The position numbers and the translations under genes are program-made. A DNA stretch of 64,000 nucleotides from Eledone cirrhosa (taxonomy: Eukaryota): NCBI GenBank assembly GCA_964016885.1, contig OZ024745.1:3472001-3536000 (forward strand), in the 5' to 3' direction. Positions 12,501 to 27,500 of this stretch are shown piece by piece. Numbering within the stretch: the stretch's first letter is position 1; every line of letters starts with the position of its first letter. The notes beneath the pieces are model-generated. The model worked only from the letters and a program-made list of their open reading frames with translations. It was not told the DNA's origin and made no database searches.

Positions 12501-15500
12501 ATACAATAGGATTAGAATACCGCATGGTAAATATCCAAGTTAATAAGTTAATACTACATCAGTAAAATTAATAATAACGTCATGAAAAACTACTAAGAGA
12601 AACCCTCGAAAATTTATCGCTAATACAGCAGGGAAAATTTAACGCTAATACAGCAGGGAACATCATAATATTAACGACAATATGTAGGCTAAAATACCTT
12701 CGTAGATTAGATGGATGGCTGGAAAAATTGGAATCAGCTCTAGTGATACATTTTAGCAGAGAAGAATGGGAAAGTGTCTTATCTCTTCAATATTTCAGAT
12801 TGAATGAATTAGGTGAAAGACAGGGTAGTAGCCTTAAAGAAGTGCATAGAGAGGGGGGGGGTAGGAACTGAGGGTCGCATGGTAAATAACTGAGAGAGAT
12901 ACAATAGGATTAGAATACCGCATGGTAAATATCCGAGTTAATACTACATCAGTAAAATTAACAATAATAACGTCATGAAAAACTACTAAGAGAAACCCTC
13001 GAAAATTTATCGCTAATACAGCAGGGAAAATTTAACGCTAATTCAGCAGGGAACATCATAATATTAACGACAATATGTAGGCTAAAATACCTTCGTAGAT
13101 TAGATGGATGGCTGGAAAAATTGGAATCAGCTCTAGTGATACATTTTAGCAGAGAAGAATGGGAAAGTGTCTTATCTCTTCAATATTTTCAGATTGAATG
13201 AATTAGGTTAAAGACAGGGTAGTAGCCTTAAAGAAGTGCATAGAGAGGGGGGGGGTAGGAACTGAGGGTCGCATGGTAAATAACTGAGAGAGATACAATA
13301 GGATTAGAATACCGCATGGTAAATATCCAAGTTAATAAGTTAATACTACATCAGTAAAATTAACAATAACGTCATGAAAAACTACTAAGAGAAACCCTCG
13401 AAAATTTATCGCTAATACAGCAGGGAAAATTTAACGCTAATACAGCAGGGAACATCATAATATTAACGACAATATGTAGGCTAAAATACCTTCGTAGATT
13501 AGATGGATGGCTGGAAAAATTAGAATCAGCTCTAGTGATACATTTTAGCAGAGAAGAATGGGAAAGTGTCTTATCTCTTCAATATTTTCAGATTGAATGA
13601 ATTAGGTTAAAGACAGGGTAGTAGCCTTAAAGAAGTGCATAGAGAGGGGGGGTAGGAACTGAGGGTCGCATGGTAAATAACTGAGAGAGATACAATAGGA
13701 TTAGAATACCGCATGGTAAATATCCAAGTTAATAAGTTAATACTACATCAGTAAAATTAACAATAACGTCATGAAAAACTACTAAGAGAAACCCTCGAAA
13801 ATTTATCGCTAATACAGCAGGGAAAATTTAACGCTAATACAGCAGGGAACATCATAATATTAACGACAATATGTGGGCTAAAATACCTTCGTAGATTAGA
13901 TGGATGGCTGGAAAAATTGGAATCAGCTCTAGTGATACATTTTAGCAGAGAAGAATGGGAAAGTGTCTTATCTCTTCAATATTTCAGATTGAATGAATTA
14001 GGTGAAAGACAGGGTAGTAGCCTTAAAGAAGGCGGGGGTAGGAACTGAGGGTCGCATGGTAAATAACTGAGAGAGATACAATAGGATTAGAATACCGCAT
14101 GGTAAATATCCAAGTTAATAAGTTAATACTACATCAGTAAAATTAACAATAACGTCATGAAAAACTACTAAGAGAAACCCTCGAAAATTTATCGCTAATA
14201 CAGCAGGGAAAATTTAACGCTAATACAGCAGGGAACATCATAATATTAACGACAATATGTAGGCTAAAATACCTTCGTAGATTAGATGGATGGCTGGAAA
14301 AATTAGAATCAGCTCTAGTGATACATTTTAGCAGAGAAGAATGGGAAAGTGTCTTATCTCTTCAATATTTTCAGATTGAATGAATTAGGTTAAAGACAGG
14401 GTAGTAGCCTTAAAGAAGTGCATAGAGAGGGGGGGGTAGGAACTGAGGGTCGCATGGTAAATAACTGAGAGAGATACAATATGATTAGAATACCGCATGG
14501 TAAATATCCAAGTTAATAAGTTAATACTACATCAGTAAAATTAACAATAACGTCATGAAAAACTACTAAGAGAAACCCTCGAAAATTTATCGCTAATACA
14601 GCAGGGAAAATTTAACGCTAATACAGCAGGGAACATCATAATATTAACGACAATATGTAGGCTAAAATACCTTCGTAGATTAGATGGATGGCTGGAAAAA
14701 TTGGAATCAGCTCTAGTGATACATTTTAGCAGAGAAGAATGGGAAAGTGTCTTATCTCTTCAATATTTTCAGATTGAATGAATTAGGTTAAAGACAGGGT
14801 AGTAGCTTTAAAGAAGTGCATAGAGAGGGGGGGGGTAGGAACTGAGGGTCGCATGGTAAATAACTGAGAGAGATACAATAGGATTAGAATACCGCATGCT
14901 AAATATCCAAGTTAATAAGTTAATACTACATCAGTAAAATTAACAATAATAACGTCATGAAAAACTACTAAGAGAAACCCTCGAAAATTTATCGCTAATA
15001 CAGCAGGGAAAATTTAACGCTAATACAGCAGGGAACATCATAATATTAACGACAATATGTAGGCTGAAATACCTTCGTAGATTAGATGGATGGCTGGAAA
15101 AATTAGAATCAGCTCTAGTGATACATTTTAGCAGAGAAGAATGGGAAAGTGTCTTATCTCTTCAATATTTTCAGATTGAATGAATTAGGTTAAAGACAGG
15201 GTAGTAGCCTTAAAGAAGTGCATAGAGAGGGGGGGTAGGAACTGAGGGTCGCATGGTAAATAACTGAGAGAGATACAATAGGATTAGAATACCGCATGGT
15301 AAATATCCAAGTTAATAAGTTAATACTACATCAGTAAAATTAACAATAACGTCATGAAAAACTACTAAGAGAAACCCTCGAAAATTTATCGCTAATACAG
15401 CAGGGAAAATTTAACGCTAATACAGCAGGGAACATCATAATATTAACGACAATATGTGGGCTAAAATACCTTCGTAGATTAGATGGATGGCTGGAAAAAT

Positions 15501-18500
15501 TGGAATCAGCTCTAGTGATACATTTTAGCAGAGAAGAATGGGAAAGTGTCTTATCTCTTCAATATTTCAGATTGAATGAATTAGGTGAAAGACAGGGTAG
15601 TAGCCTTAAAGAAGTGCATAGAGAGGGCGGGGGTAGGAACTGAGGGTCGCATGGTAAATAACTGAGAGAGATACAATAGGATTAGAATACCGCATGGTAA
15701 ATATCCAAGTTAATAAGTTAATACTACATCAGTAAAATTAACAATAACGTCATGAAAAACTACTAAGAGAAACCCTCGAAAATTTATCGCTAATACAGCA
15801 GGGAAAATTTAACGCTAATACAGCAGGGAACATCATAATATTAACGACAATATGTAGGCTAAAATACCTTCGTAGATTAGATGGATGGCTGGAAAAATTA
15901 GAATCAGCTCTAGTGATACATTTTAGCAGAGAAGAATGGGAAACAGGGTAGTAGCCTTAAAGAAGTGCATAGAGAGGGGGGGTAGGAACTGAGGTCGCAT
16001 GAGTAAATAACTGAGAGAGATACAATAGGATTAGAATACCGCATGGTAAATATCCAAGTTAATAAGTTAATACTACATCAGTAAAAATTAACAATAACGT
16101 CATGAAAAACTACTAAGAGAAAACCCTCGAAAATTTATCGCTAATACAGCAGGGAAAATTTAACGCTAATACAGCAGGGAACATCATAATATTAACGACA
16201 ATAGTGTAGGCTAAAATACCTTCGTAGATTAGATCGGATGGCTGAGAAAATTGGAATCAGCTCTAGTGATACATTTTAGCAGAGAGAATGGAAAGTGTCT
16301 TATCTCTTCAACTATTTTCAGATTGAATGAATTAGGTTAAAGACAGGGTAGTAGCTTTAAAGAAGTGCATAGAGAGGGGGGGGTAGGAACTGAGGGTCGC
16401 ATGGTAAATAACTGAGAGAGATACAATAGGATTAGAATACGCGCATGCTAATATCCAAGTTAATAAGTTAATACTACATCAGTAAAATTAACAATAATAG
16501 AACGTCATGAAAAACTACTAGAGAAACCCCTCGAAAAATTTATCGCTAATACAGCAGGGAAAATTTAACGCTAATACAGCAGGGAACATCATAATATTAA
16601 CGACAATATGTAGGCTAAAAATACCTTCGTAGATTAGATGGATGGCTGGAAAAATTGGAATCAGCTCTAGTGATACATTTTAGCAGAGAAGAATGGGAAA
16701 GTGTCTTATCTCTTCAATATTTTCAGATTGAATGAATTAGGTTAAAGACAGGGTAGTAGCCTTAAAGAAGTGCATAGAGAGGGGGGGGTAGGAGCTGAGG
16801 GTCTGCATGGTAAATAACTGAGAGAGATACAATAGGATTAGAATACCGCATGTTAAATATCCAAGTTAATAAGTTAATAATACATCAGTAAAATTAACAA
16901 TAACGTCATGAAAAACTACTAAGAGAAACCCCTCGAAAATTTATCGCTAATACAGCAGGGAAAATTTAACGCTAATACAGCAGGGAACATCATAATATTA
17001 ACGACAATATGTAGGCTAAAATACCTTCGTAGATTAGATGGATGGCTGGAAAAATTGGAATCAGCTCTAGTGATACATTTTAGCAGAGAAGAATGGAAAG
17101 TGTCTTATCTCTTCAATATTTCAGATTGAATGAATTAGGTGAAAGACAGGGGTAGTAGCCTTAAAGAAGTGCATAGAGAGGGGGGGGTAGGAACTGAGGG
17201 CTCGCATGGTAAATAACTGAGAGAGATACAATAGGATTAGAATACCGCATGGTAAATATCCAAGTTAATACTACATCAGTAAAATTAACCAATAATAACG
17301 TCATGAAAAACTACTAAGAGAAACCCTCGAAAATTTATCGCTAATACAGCAGGGAAAATTTAACGCTAATACAGCAGGGACATCATAATATTAAACGACA
17401 ATATGTAGGCTAAAATACCTTCGTAGATTAGATGATGGCTGGAAAAATTGGAATCAGCTCTAGTGATACATTTTAGCAGAGAAGAATGGGAAAGTGTCTT
17501 ATCTACTTCAATATTTCAGATTGAATGAATTAGGTTAAAGACAGGGTAGTAGCCTTAAAGAAGTACATAGAGAGGGGGGGGTAGGACTGAGGGTCACATG
17601 GTAAATAACTGAGAGAGATACAATAGGATTAGAATACCGCATGGTAAATATCCAAGTTAATAAGTTAATACTACATCAGTAAAATTAACAATAACGTCAT
17701 GAAAAACTACTAAGAGAAACCCTCGAAAATTTATCGCTAATACAGCAGGGAAAATTTAACGCTAATACAGCAGGGAACATCATAATATATTAACGACAAA
17801 TATGTAGGCTAAAATACCTTCGTAGATTAGATGGATGGCTGGAAAATTGGAATCAGCTCTAGTGATACATTTTAGCAGAGAAGAATGGGAAAGTGTCTTA
17901 TCTCTTCAATATTTTCAGAGTTTGAATGAATATAGGTTAAAGACAGGGTAGTAGCCTTAAAGAAGTGCATAGAGAGGGGGGGGTAGGAACTGAGGGTCGC
18001 ATGGTAAATAACTGAGAGAGATACAATAGGATTAGAATACCGCATGGTAAATATCCAAGTTAATAAGTTAATACTACATCAGTAAATTAACAATAACGTC
18101 ATGAAAAACTACTAAGAGAAAACCCTCGAAAATTTATCGCTAATACAGCAGGAACATCATAATATTAACGACAATATGTAGGCTAAAATACCTTCGTAGA
18201 TTAGATGGATGGCTCGAAAAATTGGAATCAGCTCTAGTGATACATTTTAGCAGAGAAGAATGGGAAAGTGTCTTATCTCTTCAATATTTCAGATTGAATG
18301 AATTAGGTTAAAGACAGGGTAGTAGCCTCTTAAAGAAGTGCATAGAGAGGGGGGGGTGGTAGGAACTGAGGGTCGCATGGTAAATAACTGATAGAGATAC
18401 AATAGGATTAGAATACCGCATGGTAAATATCCAAGTTAATAAGTTAATACTACATCAGTAAAATTAACAATAACGTCATGAAAAACTACTAAGAGAAACC

Positions 18501-21500
18501 CTCGAAAAATTTATCGCTAATACAGCAGAGGAAAATTTAACGCTAATACAGCAGGGAACATCATAATAGTAACGACAATATGTAGGCTAAAATACCTTCG
18601 TAGATTAGATGGATGGCTGGAAAAATTAGAATCAGCTCTAGTGATACATTTTAGCAGAGAGATAGAATGGGAAAAGTGTCTTATCTTCTTCAATTATTTT
18701 TCAGATTGAATGAATTAGGTTAAAGACAGGTGCTAGATAGCCTTATAGAGAAGTGCATAGAGAGGGGGGGGAGTAGGAACTGAGGGTCGCATGGTAAAAT
18801 AACTGAGAGAGATACAATATGATTAGAATACCGCATGGTAAATATCCTAAGTTAAAATAAAGTTAAATACTACATCAGTAAAAATTAACAATAACGTCAT
18901 GAAAAACTACTAAGAGAAACCCTCGAAAATTTATCGCTAATACAGCAGGGAAAATTTAACGCTAATACAGCAGGGAACATCATAATATTAACGACAATAT
19001 GTAGGCTAAAATACCTTCGCTGAGATTAGATGGATGGCTGGAAAAAATTGGAACTCAGCTCTAGTGATACATCTTAGCAAGAGAAGAATGGGACAGTGAG
19101 TCTTATCTCTTCAATATTTTCAGATTGAATGAATTAGGTTAAAGACAGGGTAGTAGCTTTAAAGAAGAGGCATAGAGAGGGGGGGGGTAGGAACTGAGGG
19201 TCGCATGCGTAAATAACCTGAAGAGAGATACAATAGGATTAGAATACCGCATGGTAAATATCCAAGTTAATAAGTTAATACTAACATCAGTCAAATAACA
19301 ATAACGTCATGAAAAACTACTAGAGAACCCTCGAAATTTATCGCTAATACAGCAGGGAAAATTTAACGCTAATACAGCAGGGAACATTCATAATCTTACT
19401 AACGACAATATGTAGGCTAAAATACTTCGTAGAATTAGATGGATGCTGGAAAAATTGGAATCAGCTCTAGTGATACATTTTAGCAGAGAAGAATGGAAAG
19501 TGTCTTATCTCTTCAATATTTCAGATTGAATGAATTAGGTTGAAAGACAGGGTAGTAGCCTTAAAGAAAGTGCATAGAGAGGGGGGGGTAGGAAACTGAG
19601 GGTCGCATGGTAAATAACTGAGAGAGATACAATAGGATTAGAATACCGCATGGTAAATATCCAAGTTAATAAGTTAATACTACATCAATAAAATTAACAA
19701 TAATAACGTCATGAAAAACTACTAAGAGAAACCCTCGAAAATTTATCGCTAATACAGCAGGGAAAATTTAACGCTAATACAGCAGGGAACATCATAATAT
19801 TAACGACAATATGTAGGCTAAAATACCTTCGTAGATTAGATGGATGGAAAAATTGGAATCAGCTCTAGTGATACATTTTAGCAGAGAAGAATGGGAAAGT
19901 GTCTTATCTCTTCAATATTTCAGATTGAATGAATTAGGTGAAAGACAGGGTAGTAGCCTTAAAGAAGTGCATAGAGAGGGCGGGGGTAGGAACTGAGGGT
20001 CGCATGGTAAATAACTGAGAGAGATACAATAGGATTAGAATACCGCATGGTAAATATCCAAGTTAATAAGTTAATACTACATCAGTAAAATTAACAATAA
20101 CGTCATGAAAAACTACTAAGAGAAACCCTCGAAAATTTATCGCTAATACAGCAGGGAAAATTTAACGCTAATACAGCAGGGAACATCATAATATTAACGA
20201 CAATATGTAGGCTAAAATACCTTCGTAGATTAGATGGATGGCTGGAAAAATTAGAATCAGCTCTAGTGATACATTTTAGCAGAGAAGAATGGGAAAGTGT
20301 CTTATCTCTTCAATATTTTCAGATTGAATGAATTAGGTTAAAGACAGGGTAGTAGCCTTAAAGAAGTGCATAGAGAGGGGGGGGGGGTAGGAACTGAGGG
20401 TCGCATGGTAAATAACTGAGAGAGATACAATAGGATTAGAATACCGCATGGTAAATATCCAAGTTAATAAGTTAATACTACATCAGTAAAATTAACAATA
20501 ACGTCATGAAAAACTACTAAGAGAAACCCTCGAAAATTTATCGCTAATACAGCAGGGAAAATTTAACGCTAATACAGCAGGGAACATCATAATATTAACG
20601 ACAATATGTAGGCTAAAATACCTTCGTAGATTAGATGGATGGCTGGAAAAATTGGAATCAGCTCTAGTGATACATTTTAGCAGAGAAGAATGGGAAAGTG
20701 TCTTATCTCTTCAATATTTTCAGATTGAATGAATTAGGTTAAAGACAGGGTAGTAGCTTTAAAGAAGTGCATAGAGAGGGGGGGGGTAGGAACTGAGGGT
20801 CGCATGGTAAATAACTGAGAGAGATACAATAGGATTAGAATACCGCATGCTAAATATCCAAGTTAATAAGTTAATACTACATCAGTAAAATTAACAATAA
20901 TAACGTCATGAAAAACTACTAAGAGAAACCCTCGAAAATTTATCGCTAATACAGCAGGGAAAATTTAACGCTAATACAGCAGGGAACATCATAATATTAA
21001 CGACAATATGTAGGCTAAAATACCTTCGTAGATTAGATGGATGGCTGGAAAAATTGGAATCAGCTCTAGTGATACATTTTAGCAGAGAAGAATGGGAAAG
21101 TGTCTTATCTCTTCAATATTTTCAGATTGAATGAATTAGGTTAAAGACAGGGTAGTAGCCTTAAATAAGTGCATAGAGAGGGGGGGGGGTAGGAGCTGAG
21201 GGTCGCATGGTAAATAACTGAGAGAGATACAATAGGATTAGAATACCGCATGTTAAATATCCAAGTTAATAAGTTAATAATACATCAGTAAAATTAACAA
21301 TAACGTCATGAAAAACTACTAAGAGAAACCCTCGAAAATTTATCGCTAATACAGCAGGGAAAATTTAACGCTAATACAGCAGGGAACATCATAATATTAA
21401 CGACAATATGTAGGCTAAAATACCTTCGTAGATTAGATGGATGGCTGGAAAAATTGGAATCAGCTCTAGTGATACATTTTAGCAGAGAAGAATGGGAAAG

Positions 21501-24500
21501 TGTCTTATCTCTTCAATATTTCAGATTGAATGAATTAGGTGAAAGACAGGGTAGTAGCCTTAAAGAAGTGCATAGAGAGGGGGGGGTAGGAACTGAGGGT
21601 CGCATGGTAAATAACTGAGAGAGATACAATAGGATTAGAATACCGCATGGTAAATATCCAAGTTAATACTACATCAGTAAAATTAACAATAATAACGTCA
21701 TGAAAAACTACTAAGAGAAACCCTCGAAAATTTATCGCTAATACAGCAGGGAAAATTTAACGCTAATACAGCAGGGAACATCATAATATTAACGACAATA
21801 TGTAGGCTAAAATACCTTCGTAGATTAGATGGATGGCTGGAAAAATTGGAATCAGCTCTAGTGATACATTTTAGCAGAGAAGAATGGGAAAGTGTCTTAT
21901 CTCTTCAATATTTCAGATTGAATGAATTAGGTGAAAGACAGGGTAGTAGCCTTAAAGAAGTGCATAGAGAGGGGGGGGTAGGAACTGAGGGTCGCATGGT
22001 AAATAACTGAGAGAGATACAATAGGATTAGAATACCGCATGGTAAATATCCAAGTTAATACTACATCAGTAAAATTAACAATAATAACGTCATGAAAAAC
22101 TACTAAGAGAAACCCTCGAAAATTTATCGCTAATACAGCAGGGAAAATTTAACGCTAATACAGCAGGGAACATCATAATATTAACGACAATATGTAGGCT
22201 AAAATACCTTCGTAGATTAGATGGATGGCTGGAAAAATTGGAATCAGCTCTAGTGATACATTTTAGCAGAGAAGAATGGGAAAGTGTCTTATCTCTTCAA
22301 TATTTTCAGATTGAATGAATTAGGTTAAAGACAGGGTAGTAGCCTTAAAGAAGTACATAGAGAGGGGGGGGGTAGGAACTGAGGGTCACATGGTAAATAA
22401 CTGAGAGAGATACAATAGGATTAGAATACCGCATGGTAAATATCCAAGTTAATAAGTTAATACTACATCAGTAAAATTAACAATAACGTCATGAAAAACT
22501 ACTAAGAGAAACCCTCGAAAATTTATCGCTAATACAGCAGGGAAAATTTAACGCTAATACAGCAGGGAACATCATAATATTAACGACAATATGTAGGCTA
22601 AAATACCTTCGTAGATTAGATGGATGGCTGGAAAAATTGGAATCAGCTCTAGTGATACATTTTAGCAGAGAAGAATGGGAAAGTGTCTTATCTCTTCAAT
22701 ATTTTCAGATTGAATGAATTAGGTTAAAGACAGGGTAGTAGCCTTAAAGAAGTGCATAGAGAGGGGGGGGTAGGAACTGAGGGTCGCATGGTAAATAACT
22801 GAGAGAGATACAATAGGATTAGAATACCGCATGGTAAATATCCAAGTTAATAAGTTAATACTACATCAGTAAAATTAACAATAACGTCATGAAAAACTAC
22901 TAAGAGAAACCCTCGAAAATTTATCGCTAATACAGCAGGGAACATCATAATATTAACGACAATATGTAGGCTAAAATACCTTCGTAGATTAGATGGATGG
23001 CTCGAAAAATTGGAATCAGCTCTAGTGATACATTTTAGCAGAGAAGAATGGGAAAGTGTCTTATCTCTTCAATATTTCAGATTGAATGAATTAGGTTAAA
23101 GACAGGGTAGTAGCCTTAAAGAAGTGCATAGAGAGGGGGGGGGGGGGTAGGAACTGAGGGTCGCATGGTAAATAACTGATAGAGATACAATAGGATTAGA
23201 ATACCGCATGGTAAATATCCAAGTTAATAAGTTAATACTACATCAGTAAAATTAACAATAACGTCATGAAAAACTACTAAGAGAAACCCTCGAAAATTTA
23301 TCGCTAATACAGCAGGGAAAATTTAACGCTAATACAGCAGGGAACATCATAATATTAACGACAATATGTAGGCTAAAATACCTTCGTAGATTAGATGGAT
23401 GGCTGGAAAAATTAGAATCAGCTCTAGTGATACATTTTAGCAGAGAAGAATGGGAAAGTGTCTTATCTCTTCAATATTTTCAGATTGAATGAATTAGGTT
23501 AAAGACAGGGTAGTAGCCTTAAAGAAGTGCATAGAGAGGGGGGGGGTAGGAACTGAGGGTCGCATGGTAAATAACTGAGAGAGATACAATATGATTAGAA
23601 TACCGCATGGTAAATATCCAAGTTAATAAGTTAATACTACATCAGTAAAATTAACAATAACGTCATGAAAAACTACTAAGAGAAACCCTCGAAAATTTAT
23701 CGCTAATACAGCAGGGAAAATTTAACGCTAATACAGCAGGGAACATCATAATATTAACGACAATATGTAGGCTAAAATACCTTCGTAGATTAGATGGATG
23801 GCTGGAAAAATTGGAATCAGCTCTAGTGATACATTTTAGCAGAGAAGAATGGGAAAGTGTCTTATCTCTTCAATATTTTCAGATTGAATGAATTAGGTTA
23901 AAGACAGGGTAGTAGCTTTAAAGAAGTGCATAGAGAGGGGGGGGGGTAGGAACTGAGGGTCGCATGGTAAATAACTGAGAGAGATACAATAGGATTAGAA
24001 TACCGCATGGTAAATATCCAAGTTAATAAGTTAATACTACATCAGTCAAATTAACAATAACGTCATGAAAAACTACTAAGAGAAACCCTCGAAAATTTAT
24101 CGCTAATACAGCAGGGAAAATTTAACGCTAATACAGCAGGGAACATCATAATATTAACGACAATATGTAGGCTAAAATACCTTCGTAGATTAGATGGATG
24201 GCTGGAAAAATTGGAATCAGCTCTAGTGATACATTTTAGCAGAGAAGAATGGGAAAGTGTCTTATCTCTTCAATATTTCAGATTGAATGAATTAGGTGAA
24301 AGACAGGGTAGTAGCCTTAAAGAAGTGCATAGAGAGGGGGGGGTAGGAACTGAGGGTCGCATGGTAAATAACTGAGAGAGATACAATAGGATTAGAATAC
24401 CGCATGGTAAATATCCAAGTTAATAAGTTAATACTACATCAATAAAATTAACAATAATAACGTCATGAAAAACTACTAAGAGAAACCCTCGAAAATTTAT

Positions 24501-27500
24501 CGCTAATACAGCAGGGAAAATTTAACGCTAATACAGCAGGGAACATCATAATATTAACGACAATATGTAGGCTAAAATACCTTCGTAGATTAGATGGATG
24601 GAAAAATTGGAATCAGCTCTAGTGATACATTTTAGCAGAGAAGAATGGGAAAGTGTCTTATCTCTTCAATATTTCAGATTGAATGAATTAGGTGAAAGAC
24701 AGGGTAGTAGCCTTAAAGAAGTGCATAGAGAGGGCGGGGGTAGGAACTGAGGGTCGCATGGTAAATAACTGAGAGAGATACAATAGGATTAGAATACCGC
24801 ATGGTAAATATCCAAGTTAATAAGTTAATACTACATCAGTAAAATTAACAATAACGTCATGAAAAACTACTAAGAGAAACCCTCGAAAATTTATCGCTAA
24901 TACAGCAGGGAAAATTTAACGCTAATACAGCAGGGAACATCATAATATTAACGACAATATGTAGGCTAAAATACCTTCGTAGATTAGATGGATGGCTGGA
25001 AAAATTAGAATCAGCTCTAGTGATACATTTTAGCAGAGAAGAATGGGAAAGTGTCTTATCTCTTCAATATTTTCAGATTGAATGAATTAGGTTAAAGACA
25101 GGGTAGTAGCCTTAAAGAAGTGCATAGAGAGGGGGGGGGTAGGAACTGAGGGTCGCATGGTAAATAACTGAGAGAGATACAATAGGATTAGAATACCGCA
25201 TGGTAAATATCCAAGTTAATAAGTTAATACTACATCAGTAAAATTAACAATAACGTCATGAAAAACTACTAAGAGAAACCCTCGAAAATTTATCGCTAAT
25301 ACAGCAGGGAAAATTTAACGCTAATACAGCAGGGAACATCATAATATTAACGACAATATGTAGGCTAAAATACCTTCGTAGATTAGATGGATGGCTGGAA
25401 AAATTGGAATCAGCTCTAGTGATACATTTTAGCAGAGAAGAATGGGAAAGTGTCTTATCTCTTCAATATTTTCAGATTGAATGAATTAGGTTAAAGACAG
25501 GGTAGTAGCTTTAAAGAAGTGCATAGAGAGGGGGGGGGTAGGAACTGAGGGTCGCATGGTAAATAACTGAGAGAGATACAATAGGATTAGAATACCGCAT
25601 GCTAAATATCCAAGTTAATAAGTTAATACTACATCAGTAAAATTAACAATAATAACGTCATGAAAAACTACTAAGAGAAACCCTCGAAAATTTATCGCTA
25701 ATACAGCAGGGAAAATTTAACGCTAATACAGCAGGGAACATCATAATATTAACGACAATATGTAGGCTAAAATACCTTCGTAGATTAGATGGATGGCTGG
25801 AAAAATTGGAATCAGCTCTAGTGATACATTTTAGCAGAGAAGAATGGGAAAGTGTCTTATCTCTTCAATATTTTCAGATTGAATGAATTAGGTTAAAGAC
25901 AGGGTAGTAGCCTTAAAGAAGTGCATAGAGAGGGGGGGGGTAGGAGCTGAGGGTCGCATGGTAAATAACTGAGAGAGATACAATAGGATTAGAATACCGC
26001 ATGTTAAATATCCAAGTTAATAAGTTAATAATACATCAGTAAAATTAACAATAACGTCATGAAAAACTACTAAGAGAAACCCTCGAAAATTTATCGCTAA
26101 TACAGCAGGGAAAATTTAACGCTAATACAGCAGGGAACATCATAATATTAACGACAATATGTAGGCTAAAATACCTTCGTAGATTAGATGGATGGCTGGA
26201 AAAATTGGAATCAGCTCTAGTGATACATTTTAGCAGAGAAGAATGGGAAAGTGTCTTATCTCTTCAATATTTCAGATTGAATGAATTAGGTGAAAGACAG
26301 GGTAGTAGCCTTAAAGAAGTGCATAGAGAGGGGGGGGTAGGAACTGAGGGTCGCATGGTAAATAACTGAGAGAGATACAATAGGATTAGAATACCGCATG
26401 GTAAATATCCAAGTTAATACTACATCAGTAAAATTAACAATAATAACGTCATGAAAAACTACTAAGAGAAACCCTCGAAAATTTATCGCTAATACAGCAG
26501 GGAAAATTTAACGCTAATACAGCAGGGAACATCATAATATTAACGACAATATGTAGGCTAAAATACCTTCGTAGATTAGATGGATGGCTGGAAAAATTGG
26601 AATCAGCTCTAGTGATACATTTTAGCAGAGAAGAATGGGAAAGTGTCTTATCTCTTCAATATTTTCAGATTGAATGAATTAGGTTAAAGACAGGGTAGTA
26701 GCCTTAAAGAAGTGCATAGAGAGGGGGGGTAGGAACTGAGGGTCACATGGTAAATAACTGAGAGAGATACAATAGGATTAGAATACCGCATGGTAAATAT
26801 CCAAGTTAATAAGTTAATACTACATCAGTAAAATTAACAATAACGTCATGAAAAACTACTAAGAGAAACCCTCGAAAATTTATCGCTAATACAGCAGGGA
26901 AAATTTAACGCTAATACAGCAGGGAACATCATAATATTAACGACAATATGTAGGCTAAAATACCTTCGTAGATTAGATGGATGGCTGGAAAAATTGGAAT
27001 CAGCTCTAGTGATACATTTTAGCAGAGAAGAATGGGAAAGTGTCTTATCTCTTCAATATTTTCAGATTGAATGAATTAGGTTAAAGACAGGGTAGTAGCC
27101 TTAAAGAAGTGCATAGAGAGGGGGGGGGTAGGAACTGAGGGTCGCATGGTAAATAACTGAGAGAGATACAATAGGATTAGAATACCGCATGGTAAATATC
27201 CAAGTTAATAAGTTAATACTACATCAGTAAAATTAACAATAACGTCATGAAAAACTACTAAGAGAAACCCTCGAAAATTTATCGCTAATACAGCAGGGAA
27301 AATTTAACGCTAATACAGCAGGGAACATCATAATATTAACGACAATATGTAGGCTAAAATACCTTCGTAGATTAGATGGATGGCTGGAAAAATTGGAATC
27401 AGCTCTAGTGATACATTTTAGCAGAGAAGAATGGGAAAGTGTCTTATCTCTTCAATATTTCAGATTGAATGAATTAGGTTAAAGACAGGGTAGTAGCCTT

